From: Ylistrum balloti
Lineage: Eukaryota
DNA: 64,000 nt
Direction: 5' to 3'
Assembly (NCBI RefSeq): GCF_031769215.1
Contig: NW_026782361.1
Coordinates: 1,178,001 to 1,242,000, forward strand
Part shown: piece after piece, positions 39,381 through 52,532 of the stretch
Position numbering within the stretch: the stretch's first letter is position 1
Layout: each line of letters opens with the position of its first letter
Program-made: the position numbers and the translations under genes
Notes under the pieces: model-generated
Seen by the model: only the letters and a program-made list of their open reading frames with translations
Database searches by the model: none
Told to the model about the DNA's origin: nothing

Positions 39381-39578
39381 TTCCCCGCACAACACATTTC
39401 AGACTGAAGACCGCATGCGCAGAACGGAGGTCTATGGGTATGAATTTTGAACTTTAGCGCCCTCTGTTGGACTACAAATGATTTCGCCATCTTGATCGGT
39501 TCGTACCAGACCTGGGTTGGCGACTAACACAATCCATCGTCATCTTCCACACATTGGTTCCCTGTGGCATACACAGCC
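39381..39578. promoter_or_regulatory. 198-bp bidirectional promoter/5'UTR interval between TAF4 and LSM14
   Basis: Divergent ATGs at 39380 (-) and 39579 (+). Contains an NRF1-like CCGCATGCGCA (39411-39421), a CTCF-like CCAACAGAGGGCGCTA on the minus strand (39455-39470) and a YY1-like CGCCATCTT (~39485-39493). A second YY1-like AAATGGCG overlaps the TAF4 ATG. Confidence 0.8.
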
Positions 39579-42500
39579 ATGAGTGGGGGAATTCCATACT
39601 TAGGAAGTAAAATAAGCCTAATTTCGAAGGCTGGCATTCGATATGAAGGCATTTTGTATACAATCGATCCCAATGAATCGACTGTTGCATTGGCCAAAGG
39701 TATGTTTACAATGTAAAACAATAGGTTTCTTGCAGTGTACTTCGAGTGGGCTTCTTCAATTACCCTGAAATAACGTCACCAAAGACGGAGCATTCCCAAT
39801 GTTGTTATATGCATATACGTCTCTGTCCGATATCAATGTGAAAGTAGCCGGTCTTCTTGGGCTATTCACTTAACTTATCTTCAGCCTAATGAATTCAATA
39901 TCCGATAGACCTTTTCGTAACCCTGAGATTAAGATAAGTCCGTAGGGAATCCACTGACGTTATTGTAGCAATTAAAATGAACTGGCGCAAACGGTTTTAA
40001 TGTTTCAAACCTTCTTGTATGTCACTTGTGACGTTTTGTATTGTCATTGCATTGGCATTGTTTCTTTCAGTTTAATAAACTGAAGAGGGTATATTTGAAA
40101 CAGCAGGCTCAAGTTTGTTATTTTGAACTCGACAGAATGCAACATACAGGACATAAGTATTTGTGTTTAGTTATTTGCTTATATGATACGATAAATTCAG
40201 TTTAACTTGAAAGATTGCTGACTAATCACACCTCTGTAATCCTTTATTTACACAAATAAGAAGAGGGCTACAATTGGGTCTGATGGTTTTATGCCTCTAA
40301 TGACCTTCCATATTGTTTTCAGTACAATATCGCGATGCAAGGAATATTTTGTAGAAGCAGTTGGTCACAATTGGTGGCATTTTGCAAGGGTCTTGAAAAG
40401 TTCATAGGTGTGCAGTATGTGAACTTGCAGAATTATCTGTTGGCATCAAACCTTGCAACAACTGTTGAACCAAATTTACAAAGGCTGGCATGGCAGGCAC
40501 ATCTATTTACTGTACTTACTTACTACTCTACACTTCTTAAAAGGTGTAGACTATCCGTGAAATATCTATGATGGTCATTCTAGATAATTTAGTCAATTGT
40601 GTATCACCAGTAATAAAGAAAGTATATAAAGATCACTTCAAGTTCATAAGTTATCTTTTCAGTGAGATCATTTGGCACAGAAGATCGACCAACAGACAGG
40701 CCAGTGGCTCCACGCGATGAAATTTTTGAGTACATCATATTTCGAGGGAGTGACATCAAGGATTTGCATGTTTGTGAACCCCCTAAAGCAGCACAACAGC
40801 AGCAGCCGCAACACCAGCCACCACAAGACCCTGCCATAGTAAAAGTAAGTGTGATCACAAATGTTCGTATTGTCACGTTTTGTCTGATATGCTACACCAT
40901 GTAGTTTACAGAAAATCTAATTATGATCCTGTATAAAGACATCCTAAAAAAACTTCCTAAAAAGTCTTTCATCATAGTCATATATAGAAATAAAGTGACA
41001 ATCTGGATATCCTGTTTATTTTGTGCTCTTTTGTTCAGTCCTCTCAGCCTGTGGCTCCTCCCTCCTTTCAACAGCAACCAGCAGTGGCCCCAGGTTTTGC
41101 AGGCCCCTCGTACCAGCCCTTTGGAGGCCCTCCACTTTACAGTCAATATGGTCAAGCACCAGGAAATGCTCCACAGCCATTTTCCACACAGCCGCACCAT
41201 GGACATGGTTTGTTCTAACTTTGATTTGTTAAAATCTGACCTATTTGTTGTGAAGTCATATGTCAGCTGTAACTTGACATTGACACCTAAACTTCTTTCA
41301 CCGCTTTCAAGATTATGTTTTTGCTTTCATATGCATTCATTAAGTCAACATGATGACAAAACTGTTTTTCATATGGGACAACTTTGTTGCTTGCAAAGAA
41401 GATCATTTATGTTTTTTTAAAACTGGTAGGGAATAAAGGATCAGTATAAAAATTGAATGTATATTGATTTAATCGTAAGCTGAAATATTTTTGTATCAGT
41501 TTTGTTTCTGACAGATGTAGTGGAATACAGATGTAATCTGATTGGTTTTATTAATTTGAAACATTCCTCAGAACATGATAAAGGAACCTTTCTTTGATTG
41601 TTGCATTATATGATTTGGGGGAAAAAGACCACAAGAATTCTTCAGAGTATCCCAATGTAACCAGTTCACTTCAGAAATTGCCTTAATTTGCAGTCTTAAC
41701 ATGTAAATATTGTCTCTATGTAACAAATGAGAATATGCATCCTTATTTACATATGTGTTTTAAGGTATTAGTTTCTTTATTTGTTCTCATGCTTGATGTG
41801 TAATCACCTTTAGACTATCACTTGGTATATTAAAGGGACAATTTATGGACAAATACCAATATGTGCACATAACTCATTTGTTTAGTAGCTTTTGTTCTTT
41901 AAGAGGTAAGCAGGTGTTACTGTAATCAAAAGAAATTGGGCCTTTATGACCATGGTGTGAACTGATTTATTGCTTTAATTCACATGGAAAGACCTGATGA
42001 TTAACACCACAACTAGGGATTTCACAAGTATCAATTACAAAACATCAAACATTGACTTTTGGCAATATCCTTTGTGAATAATTCATACAGAGAAAATATA
42101 GTATGAAAAACACTGAATTGTCCCTTTAATTTCATAGGAAACTGCATGATGTGTTTAATTATATACACTGTCCAAATATCAACCAAACATTTGTGCCACA
42201 CTTTATAACATGCTATCTCGTGGCATATCTTATACAGGTATTACAAGAATATAGCTGAATATTTTCATGCAAGTTGGCAAATGGTGGTAGCACATGTATT
42301 TTACAGGTTATGCTCAAAACAATTTATAAAATTAAGTTATGAAAGTTCAAATAATTGTTAATGTAGTTTCTTTCCTTTTTTTTTCAAATAGTCATGGCAG
42401 GATTTCAGTTCATAGAAATATGTTAACTTAATGATCTGCAGGTATTGAAGGATGTCTCACTGAATTTTCTTCAATATTCTTGCAATTAGGTTCTCGTGGG

Positions 42501-45500
42501 CCATCACCCACTCTTAATCGAGTATCCCCTACCATGGACCAAGGTATACAGGTTGGCTCACAGCCTGCTGCTATAGGCGCTATCAGGAGACCTGGTGGGT
42601 AGTCAAATATCAGTGCTATAACTCATTTACTTCTTTTGCTGCTTTTGGTTTCCCTTGCAAAGTAAGCAACTGTGCTGCAAAACCTTGCACGTTAAGAGCT
42701 CATCTTGGCCGTCAATCACAGAAATAGCCTGACATCCATATAACTCTATGCAAATTACTAGCTTTTTTCTATAACATTTAGCATTAAGAGGTGGTGGACT
42801 GTTTGCATTGCACTTTTGTATTAGTTATTTGCATCCATCTGAAAACTTAATTCATAAGAATGAATGGTTGCAAAAGACTGATGAATAACACGAGTGAATT
42901 GCATGTCTCTTGTTAATTCTACATTTTTGGGTTATTCCAGTAAACATCTACTTGACCCCGGGACTTCTTTCAATGGTTCAGTTTTTTGCCTATTATTTCT
43001 ACACATTATGAATTGAACAGGCTGTCAGCTGATTTCTATATTCCTATATTTTGGTTTTAAAACCTATATTTTGAAAGACCTATATTTTCCTTCTTTTTTT
43101 TTTAAATATATATCTTGTAAATATTTCTTTGATACTGCTTTTGGCTTCTTATTTTAGAGAATTCCCAAGTCTTTAATAGCATCACCAGCCACCAGAAAAT
43201 GATTCAGTGCATCTCTTTATCACCTGTATGGGCACCTTGCAAGGCAGTACAACAGGATATTGGCCTTTTAGGTGCTCATTCAGATGATGATGATGATGAT
43301 GATGAGCTATGCAGCAGCTCTCTGTCTGGATTGTGATGCTGTTGAAGTGAATGGTTACTTTCAGGTAGTTTTTAATCATTGATTAATATAGGAACAGTAA
43401 GTGAAGGTAAGAATTGTTAGTATAATGCCTTTTAATGAAACATTTTTTGTTTTTGCCTCAAAACTAGCAAAAAACAACTTCTATATTTGTTGAAAAAATA
43501 TTCTTATATTTTGAAGAAGACTTAGTTGACAGCCTGATTGAATTTTAAGGGTGACAGCCCTCAACAACAACTGAAGTCTTGTAGTTGAAGTGATTTCTTT
43601 ACTGGAACAACTCCTGCATACATTCAGTATACAATATTTGCCTTAAGTAGTTCCCCTCCCCTTATTTGTGCTTGCCTTGCTTCCTCTGGCAATATTGAAT
43701 TATTTTAGCATCCCTATTAGTTGTTACACAACTTTTTAATTAGTTCAATTCTTCAGTGCTTCTGGCAGGAAATAACACACATATCAATCTTTCCTTCTGC
43801 CACAGAAAGTGAGAATTCTCGCCTCACAAATTTATCAAAAGTGTTGCTGTTTCCAGAATACAAGCCAGTTATATTGCTACCAACAATTCCTCCACCTATA
43901 TACATATGAGCTGTACTCACTATTCAAAGTATACATAATTTTTTAAGGGGATGTTGCAAAGCTAATGTTAGCAAGCAATATTTTCATCTCAGTTGATAGT
44001 GTCGTATGAACTTAACATTAAAGGTCTCTCAAAAACAATTTTTTAAACGGAAAGAAAAATGAAGATGATGATAATTATAAATGAAACATTGTACAAAGAA
44101 AATACAATGTTGATTTAAAATAAGAATTGTGTTATTCAGCTTTACATTGTGTAGAGGCTGGGTACTGGGTATAGGGTGAGATGACTAAGTCACAAGAAGT
44201 GCTGTAATTTTATTAAGGATAGAGACATTTTCTCACTGTCTTTATCAGAACTGAACTTTTTGTTTGTTTTAAGTATGTTTTGCTATCCTAATGAGTGTTT
44301 CCTTTGTTGCCTATTCTTTAGGGGTTTTTTGGTGTTAAAAACAGGGTGAATATGGTAATAACTATTGTATAAGCAGTATGTTGTGCTGTGTGTGTATGAA
44401 AATAGAAGTGCTTTAGCTGCAAACTTTTTCTTTCTTTCTTGTTTGTCAATGTACATGTACACAATGTTGCATGAACATCTGAAGATTAATTTTCAGTCAG
44501 GGAACATAACTCTTTACTTTCCTTGCCCAAGTAAAACTTGAAAGTCTATAAAGGCGAAATATTGGCAATTGAAGTAGTAAGAAAGAAAAAAATTATTTAA
44601 GAGAATGAATGAGAAAAGACTATATCCCAAAATTAGTTGCCTCTAATGCATTGACTTTCAATGACTTTATTCATGAATCAGAGCAACTTTCAAACAAAAA
44701 GTTGAGGTAAAAATGCAGCTTATTGATATGTGCTTAATGGTCAATGATGTATTACTATAAAGATTAAAGTATTCTTAATGTTTTGCCTGACATTTTTTGG
44801 GGGGAATGATGATAATTAACTCATTTAAATTGATGATTTGTTTACCATTTTCTATTGCTTATTGTTATGTATCACATTTTGGTTTCAGCTGGTGAACAAA
44901 ATAACAGTTGAAAGTCATTTTTATGTTGCCTATATATGCTTCTATGCATTTCTTTAATTTGCTGTGATGTAACAATTCTGAAGTGTTTCTTTTCCAAACA
45001 TATTCATATCATTGCTAAGAAGATAGTCAAACTTTGTTACCTCAGACTTTTATAACTTAAAGACTCATATCATTCCAACCATTTCTTCGGTCACTGTCTA
45101 ACTTTACGCAAACATTTGAGATAACACAGTTCGGCTGCATATTTATATTGTCTCATAACTTGACAGTACATGTTATACTCTTGGAAGTGAACATTACTAG
45201 TATTGTAACAAAAAACACTGAATGATGTTTGACACTGTTTAGGACAACTTTGAATCTTGTTGAATTCGTCTATCCTAACTTTGGGTAACAAAAATGAAAT
45301 TTAATGGATTTTGATAATAGGCAAAAATGCTTTAAAAAATGTTTGAGTTTTATTAAACATGATCAGCTCAGTCTCTTACAAAATGAACTTGTGAAAGTAG
45401 AATGTAACCTGTGAAAATATGGAAAACTGAGGTCCAATTTTGAGAGTGAATAACTCCTTTGTTGGGCTTCAATCACCTCTCTTTTCTCCGATGTGATTTT

Positions 45501-48500
45501 TGACTGCAAAATTCTTCATTGATCCATATTTGAGGTGTACATGAAATACGAAATTGAAAGACTCCAAAAATAATTTCATCTAAGGAAAAATTGTTTGCTA
45601 CATTGCCAAAGAAAACTGTAACTATTACTTCAACTGGCCTTGGTCTCTTTTCAGGTTCTCGTGGTCCCACCCCTCCACTGCCAAATAGGAAATCTCCAAC
45701 ACTTGACCAAAGCACCCAACATCCAAGTTCTAGTCCAGATAAGTCAGAAAGACAACAGCAGCAATCACATCAGCAACAGCAAGGCTATAATCAGGGTTTA
45801 CAGGAACGACGAGAACAACGAAGGGGTGCACCAAATCAGAGACCTCCATCAGCATCTTACTCGCGTGGAAGGGGACAGAGTCGTGGTAAAAGTGTACCTG
45901 GGGGAGGAGCAGCAGCAGAAAGAGGTATATCACTAGTCCTTGTCCTAACATCACAATATACACTCAACATGTAAAATATGCATGGTGCTTCATCAATATT
46001 AGATATGAAAAGCTTCTATCTGATTGTTCACATTTTAGTTTCCACAATATTATTTGCTTATGTGAAATATATACCAGGACAAAGATTTGAAGTTCATTAA
46101 AGTCTTTGCTTTCTGTCAATTGCTCTGTCAGTACTTTCGTGACCATAACCAAAACATAAAAATATTTTTTGTGCTGGCATTGTGAGGTGTACTATTATTG
46201 CACCCATACTTCACTATACACATATAGTAATAGATATTTGGTCATCATGTATTCCTTTGCTTTGTGTATATTGTTTGGTTTTAAAGTACTTCTGTTCACA
46301 TTTATATAGAGTATCATCTACCATCACTTCAGATCTACCAGTTTTATTGTAGGAGGCTTCAGTGATAGAGGTGGGAGAGAAACAAGAGGAGTTGGTCCCA
46401 GGGGACCCAGAGGAGGCAGTAGACCACCAAGGGGTGGGGGCAGACCTCAGTCTGGACGCCCCACAGAATCTCCACTCAAATTTGAAGGAGAGTTCGATTT
46501 TGAAAGTTCGAATGCTCAATTTGACAAGGAGGAAATTGAGCGTGAACTTAAACAAAAGCTTACAATTTGTAAGTCTTAATATCATTATTTTACCACTATT
46601 TAAGGCCAGTCATGATCTTGCTAAACATGACATAAATGCTATGATTTGTAACTTGTGGTTAGTATTTGGTTATCTCTAAAATGAATATAAATTTCAATTA
46701 ATTTTTAAATAATGTGAAAACTATAAATATGCTAATTGTGAATTCTGCATTTCTTTTTTTCAAAACTGTCTTTTCTGCTATAAGATTAAAAAATTTTGAA
46801 TGTTCAGTTATATTCATTTGAGAACTGATTTTTGCCATTGAAGCGGATAAAGTTCCAACAACAAACGGTGAAAAAGAAGGAAGCATAGAGAATGGTGGTG
46901 ATAACTCAAGTACCAATAACCCCCCAGAAGAGGAAGAAGATGATTTGTTTTACGACAAAGCAAAATCTTTCTTTGACAATATTAGCTGTGAAGCAACAGA
47001 AAGAGCAAAAGGGTACTAGACAGTGTTTCTTAAACTATATTTAAACTGTGAAATTCATTTGAACAATCTAGTTTCGGTACATGGCTCCCAATAGGGATGT
47101 CATCTCCAACATCGGGGTTCCTTTCTCCTATACTCCCAAACAACATCCATAATATATTTGATGTATGTAATTGTGAATAACAGTGAACTTGTCTTATAGC
47201 ATGTTAGATCAGAGTGAAATTTTTGTTTTATTCGGTGTGGAGTGATTGTCTAGTTCATATTCCCCAATGAGTTTAAGGGGGGAAGTTGTTGATAGTATAT
47301 TAGTTGATGCCATTATCTACCCTTGATAGATTCACTATATCACTCCATAGTCTTTTTTGCTTTCCTTGTCCAAAAGACCTAATGCATCTTCTATTTTTCA
47401 AGTTTTCAAATAAATTTTAAATTAAGGAAATAATTCATAGAGCAAGGATAGTAATTTACATTAAATACGTACAATGAAAGGTAAAGACAGTGATAAATAG
47501 CTTTACTTCAAATTGCATTTATTTCTTTATTTATTGCATATTGTTCCAATCACCATATGTGTGTAGTTTGAAGAGTAAATTAAACACACAAATTGTTATT
47601 TACAGATCAACAAGAACTAGTTGGAGAGAAGAACGAAAACTTAATGTAGAAACATTTGGTGTTTCTGATTATCCTCGAAGGAATTTCCGGGGTGGTCGAG
47701 GATATGGTAACCGTGGATACCGAGGAGGCCGTGGTGGTTATTTCCGGGGCCCGACAAGAGGTGGTCCAAGAGGTATGTTATATATCAAATTTGCAACTTT
47801 GCAATTCTTTTAAAAGTCTGAAAGAATCACTTTACCAATGTCAGATGTGAAATCTCCTTTAACCATCTTAGTAGTCTAAATGACAAAACAGAACTATAAC
47901 AGTCATATAAACTGCCATAGTAGGTGGGGTGGAACTTGTTGTAGAGGCTTTTGGCCTAAAGAACAGCATTATACTGCATATCAAAAGAACTGAATGTTTT
48001 AAGTTCAGATAATAAGATGTTGCTCGTATAATGACATTTATTGTTCATGCTCTTTTGCACATAACGCTATCTGAGCTGTAGGCTGCCCTCACCGTTTTCC
48101 TCTCCAAAGTGTGATGTTGATAATTGAAATTGGGTTTGATATCTTGAACAGGAGGAGGACGATGGAATAATGGCCCACAAAGGGGAGGAGGGAGAAACAG
48201 GAGTCAGGGTTGGGTGGATTATAACTATGACTATGAGGCAGCTGGTATCAACAGGCCAAGAGATGGGTCAGCTAAACAGGTAAAGGTTGGGTATGATGTG
48301 ACACAAAGACATTTTGGTTTTTCTTCCATTTTAAATGTTAAATTTGATTTCCATCTCTATAAAAACATGTACATCTAATGAAGATGTTATTGACAGTTGC
48401 TAAGGTTAAACCAAAGCTATAATAGAACCTGCACTATGGTACTACAGTGTTTAATTATTTTCAACTTGTTTACTATGACTTAGGAATTTTTGGGGAATAT

Positions 48501-48642
48501 TTCTTGACCTATTGACGATTACATCATTACTGGTCTGCTATCTATCTAAAGAGTTTCTCTACATATATACGCTTCACTGGCAACTCTTGACTTGTAAGAG
48601 TGTTTTTGTTTGTTTGTCCAGAAAGTACCAGCTCAGGCATAG
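39579..48642 (+). CDS. LSM14: LSM14 / RAP55 / Trailer hitch / Scd6 family P-body protein, 10 exons, ~502 aa (515 aa with the distal exon-5 donor)
   Basis: Exons 39579-39699, 40663-40844, 41039-41207, 42490-42594, 45655-45885 (alternative donor 45924), 46353-46568, 46844-47012, 47606-47772, 48152-48279, 48622-48642. Lsm domain ([46 protein letters not shown]...[14 protein letters not shown]), DFDF-type box ([16 protein letters not shown]), FFD box ([14 protein letters not shown]), TFG box ([11 protein letters not shown]), RGG repeats. The A versus B paralog distinction is vertebrate-specific. Confidence 0.96.
43283..43305. repeat. (GAT)7 microsatellite, LSM14 intron 4
   Basis: GATGATGATGATGATGATGATGA. 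Confidence 0.9.
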
Positions 48643-51600
48643 ATTCTTGAAGTGATCAAGTGCAAGGAACACCAAACACGCAATCCTGCCACATAAGTGA
48701 GAGATGTCGGACAAGATGATGCCACATATTCATGCTGTCAGTCTTCGGATGTGGGCTTGTTCACATTGTAGTGCTTGTTGAAGAAAAGATAACATTGTTG
48801 GTCAACAATACAAATGGAGAGAAAAAGATACGAACAAATATTTCTGATAACTAGTCTGAAATGTAAAGGTACAATACAGGTGCTGAAGGTCCTGTTAGAT
48901 TCGTCCTGTTCTTATTTTGTTTGTCCATTTTGTGTTTTATTTATAATTTTGCCACCTGAATAAGTTTTTAGTAAGTGTGGCGAAGTTGCTGAAGTGATGC
49001 GTGTAACTAGGTGGACTAAACAATGTTGGTTCACAAGGAAACATCATACTTTACGAACCACATGGATATAGTTTCTGTGAAAAAGGCAGAGAAAGATATT
49101 TGTGATCAATTCCCACAGACACTTGACAGAAATCTGTGGTCAGGGTCTTGTCTGTCAGTGTATTTAAAATGTGTTCATCATATTTGGTTTGTACGTCATT
49201 GTGATATCATTATACATTTGTGACAACTTCACCCCAGAATATGGGACATTTGATTTCTACAACTGAAAGGTGATGTTATGGAAATGTCCTTGTATTCTGT
49301 AGAACGAGGTGGGAATCTGTCGAATAATGCGTGTACATGTAAAAAGTCGACATTGACTTGTCCTCTACACAGATCAAGTTGAACTTGATTGACAGTTACA
49401 GATTGTTTGCACCTTTTTTTCTGTCTGTAAACTAGGATTCAGAAACTTAATTACTGGTGATGTAGTTTTTATTTAAGAACAATTTTGCTGACTTAAGCTT
49501 TAACTCACCTACAAAAGTGACAACATTGACTTCAATGACTACTTTCTTGTTACAACTGAATTTTTTACTTGAAAAAAAAACAAATCAAGATAAAGGTGTT
49601 TCAAGAATTTTACTTGAGAGTTTGAGTCCTTGTATTCTCTGGAAGTAGATTGTCTTTTTAATTCCAACTATAAAGCACTTATTCAAAATTTTACAGTAAC
49701 TAAAATCTCCGGGTTTTTCTTTTCTTTTCTTTTTATGTTGACATTAAATTTACTAGATTGAAACCATTTTGAAAATCAGTGCTCAAAAAATGTCATCTAT
49801 CAATAGCAGAATTTCCAGTTTTCCTGCCCAATATCTTATAATGTAAAATAGTGCAACCTTGTTAGTCCCCACTATTTTAAGCCATTGATGTCTTGTCATA
49901 TTACATATATATATAATTTAAAACGGTGTGTTGGTAATCTCAATAACACACATTATATGCAAGATCTATATAAACCTGAAATTAAAGCTGCTCAGTTAAT
50001 TGAATTGTTTTTAATCCAGAAGTAAAGTAACAAGGCTACTTACTTACTTCCAAACAAAAGAAAATCTTAAGTTTTAAAATTTCCTTAATCTTCAAAATCT
50101 GCTTATTCTATTAGATGATTTCAGCAGACTGATGTTTCTAACTTGACAAAAATGTTAACCATGACAGATTATAACTAGAAAAATAATTTTGTACTTTAGG
50201 ATTTTTTACACCAAGAATCATTTGATGGATCAATCGCTTTTTTGTGTAATTATCTTTGTGTCATTTGTCAGACTTGAATAAATCACAATTTAAATTTCAC
50301 AAATAACGGACTTGCATATTATAAGAGTGCTGGTGTGTTGAGAAATATGCCCATTGAGGACAGCAGCCAGGACTGCTGATATGTGGCTGTTATTATGCAA
50401 TATTAGGTTCTTACCACAAAAGGGACATCAGAAATCAATGGTAATAAAATGATGCAATGAGAGACAGCGTAGTGTTTTTTTTTTTTTATTTATTTTTTTC
50501 AGATTGTTGACGACATTATCAGTTATAGGAAAAAAAGAGCCTGGTACTATCTAGTACTACCAGGTAACAAGTCAGGTCTGATAGTATTCGTGGAGTAAAA
50601 TAAACACAATTTGCTTTGAAAATGAAGATTTATGAGTGTGATGAGGGAATGTTGTTTACTTCACCAGTTCTATTAATTTTATGAAAACCTACTTCTGCCT
50701 CTCAAATGAGCATAATGGGTAGAAGTAAAAAGGAAAAATTTATAACTGCATAATAAATGTAAATACTTGCATTAAAATATAATTTTAAGAGACAGAAATT
50801 TCAGTCACTGGCCAAGCATTCCCATAATTGTGTCCAGAAGGGCAGTAATAATGCTAACATGTCTTATTTGTATAGCAAGTATATCTAACAACCCACATCG
50901 TTTCAGGAGTGCCATTAGATCCAGATTTCCCAATCATCACAAACCAGACTCACTTTTATACTTAGTAGCTATTGACATGTGATACTGTCTGATTAGTGTT
51001 TGTTAACAACTTGCATGTGCATGGTTTTAAACTCCCTGGTGGGATTAAACTTGGTCTAACATTGTCTTTGATGTGTAAATTGGCAGGATTGTTTATGAGG
51101 CTAGTTGGCTAGTCAAAGTTCATTTGGCGGACTATAGTTTTAAGATTCAAACAGAACATGTGAAATTATGAACATTTTCCCTGGTTCCACAAATCCACAT
51201 CTGGAATAACCAAATTACGCCAACACCTTGAATTCTGCTTTACAGCATATCCCATATCCGTCAATGTTCTTTAATCTCAAGTCAAGTTGATATTCACCCT
51301 AAAGCAAAAAGGAAAACATATTAACGACTTGATCAATTAATTAATAAAATGGGTGAAATTATGACTACCTTTATTTGACAAGAAGAAATTTCTAATTTTC
51401 ATACATGTATTTTGACCATGGATTTGTCATTTGTTTTGTTTTGTTTGTTTTTTTTCCAACGTCAATATTGTTTGCTTTAGAAGTCTGACATGAGATATAA
51501 ACCAGTATATGAGTTGACCTTGAAAAGTGATGCAAGTTTAATTCGGAATATTTGCTTCTGGTTGGTAATGTCAATAGTTCTTAAAACACAACCAATAGAA

Positions 51601-51809
51601 CATTTAAATGTGAGGTTTGGATGACTACACTGTTGGCTTTATCACACAAATGACCAGTGTGAAGCGTACTACCACTGATGCAAGTATTGTGCAAGATGGC
51701 ATGGAATCGGCCAAGTTTTCAACTGTACTACAAACCTATGGACACTATATTTAAAGATAAAATGATGAGACAATAAATAGATTATAGAATGAATGTAAGC
51801 ACTCGCAGG

Positions 51810-51912
51810 TCTTGCTTTGGGAGGAAACTGGAGAATCCAGGGAAAACCCTGGAGATAAGGGAGGCAACCCATTACCTTTGCACGTCTGTTTCAGGAATCG
51901 AAACCCTGGGTA
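51810..51912 (-). mobile_element. SINE fragment (tRNA-derived head plus V-domain-like motif)
   Basis: The minus strand reads GGGTTTCGATTCCTG (B-box-like), then CCAGGGTTTTCCCTGGATTCTCCAGTTTCCTCCC, similar to the GGGTTT.CTCCGGGT.CTCCGGTTTCCTCCC central motif of V-type SINEs as I recall it. Confidence 0.5.
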
Positions 51913-52532
51913 TCTAAATGAAGATCTTGTGATAACATGAAAGTTATAAGATAAAGTGCCCTGTAATATCTTCTGTCGGCCACAAAAAGGTCTACTGAAT
52001 CTCTTTTTAACACAATTTCTTGTGATAAATCCTGAAATTTTTTACACGTACTTTCCCAGATCATTTCTGTGGCAAGCCGACCAGTGTTTATTCAATGTTG
52101 GTCCATATTTTATCTCGTTTAGATATATTGGATATTTCTCACATAAGATATCTTGTATAATTTGGTGAAACGTTGGATTAACATTACACACAGAATAAAT
52201 GTTATGTTATATAAGATTAGTTACCATATTTTCCGGATTATAAGCCACGGCTCCGTGGTCAATTATATGTTACATCTCAATTAAATTTGAGAAGATATTT
52301 CACTTATCATACAAGATATTTTAAGTAATGCAAAGGTTCGTCTTATATAAGACATCTTGTATAGGAACAAGATTTTAAAATGTCAAGATTTCTTGAGCAT
52401 TGTCACAAGGACAAACCATTATGATTTTATCGCACAATAAGACTAGACTCTTGTTCTACAGGACCAATAGTATGTTCTGAAGAACCATTACCATTGATTG
52501 GGAATAGTGTCGCCTCTCATTACTTTTTTTTT

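Noticed and set aside
42060-42075. U12-type donor-like ATATCCTTT
   Set aside because: Not at any exon boundary; all reconstructed introns are ordinary GT-AG.
52222-52252. TACCATATTTTCCGGATTATAAGCC, resembling a Tc1/mariner-type MITE terminus
   Set aside because: No matching opposite terminus found nearby; too short to call.
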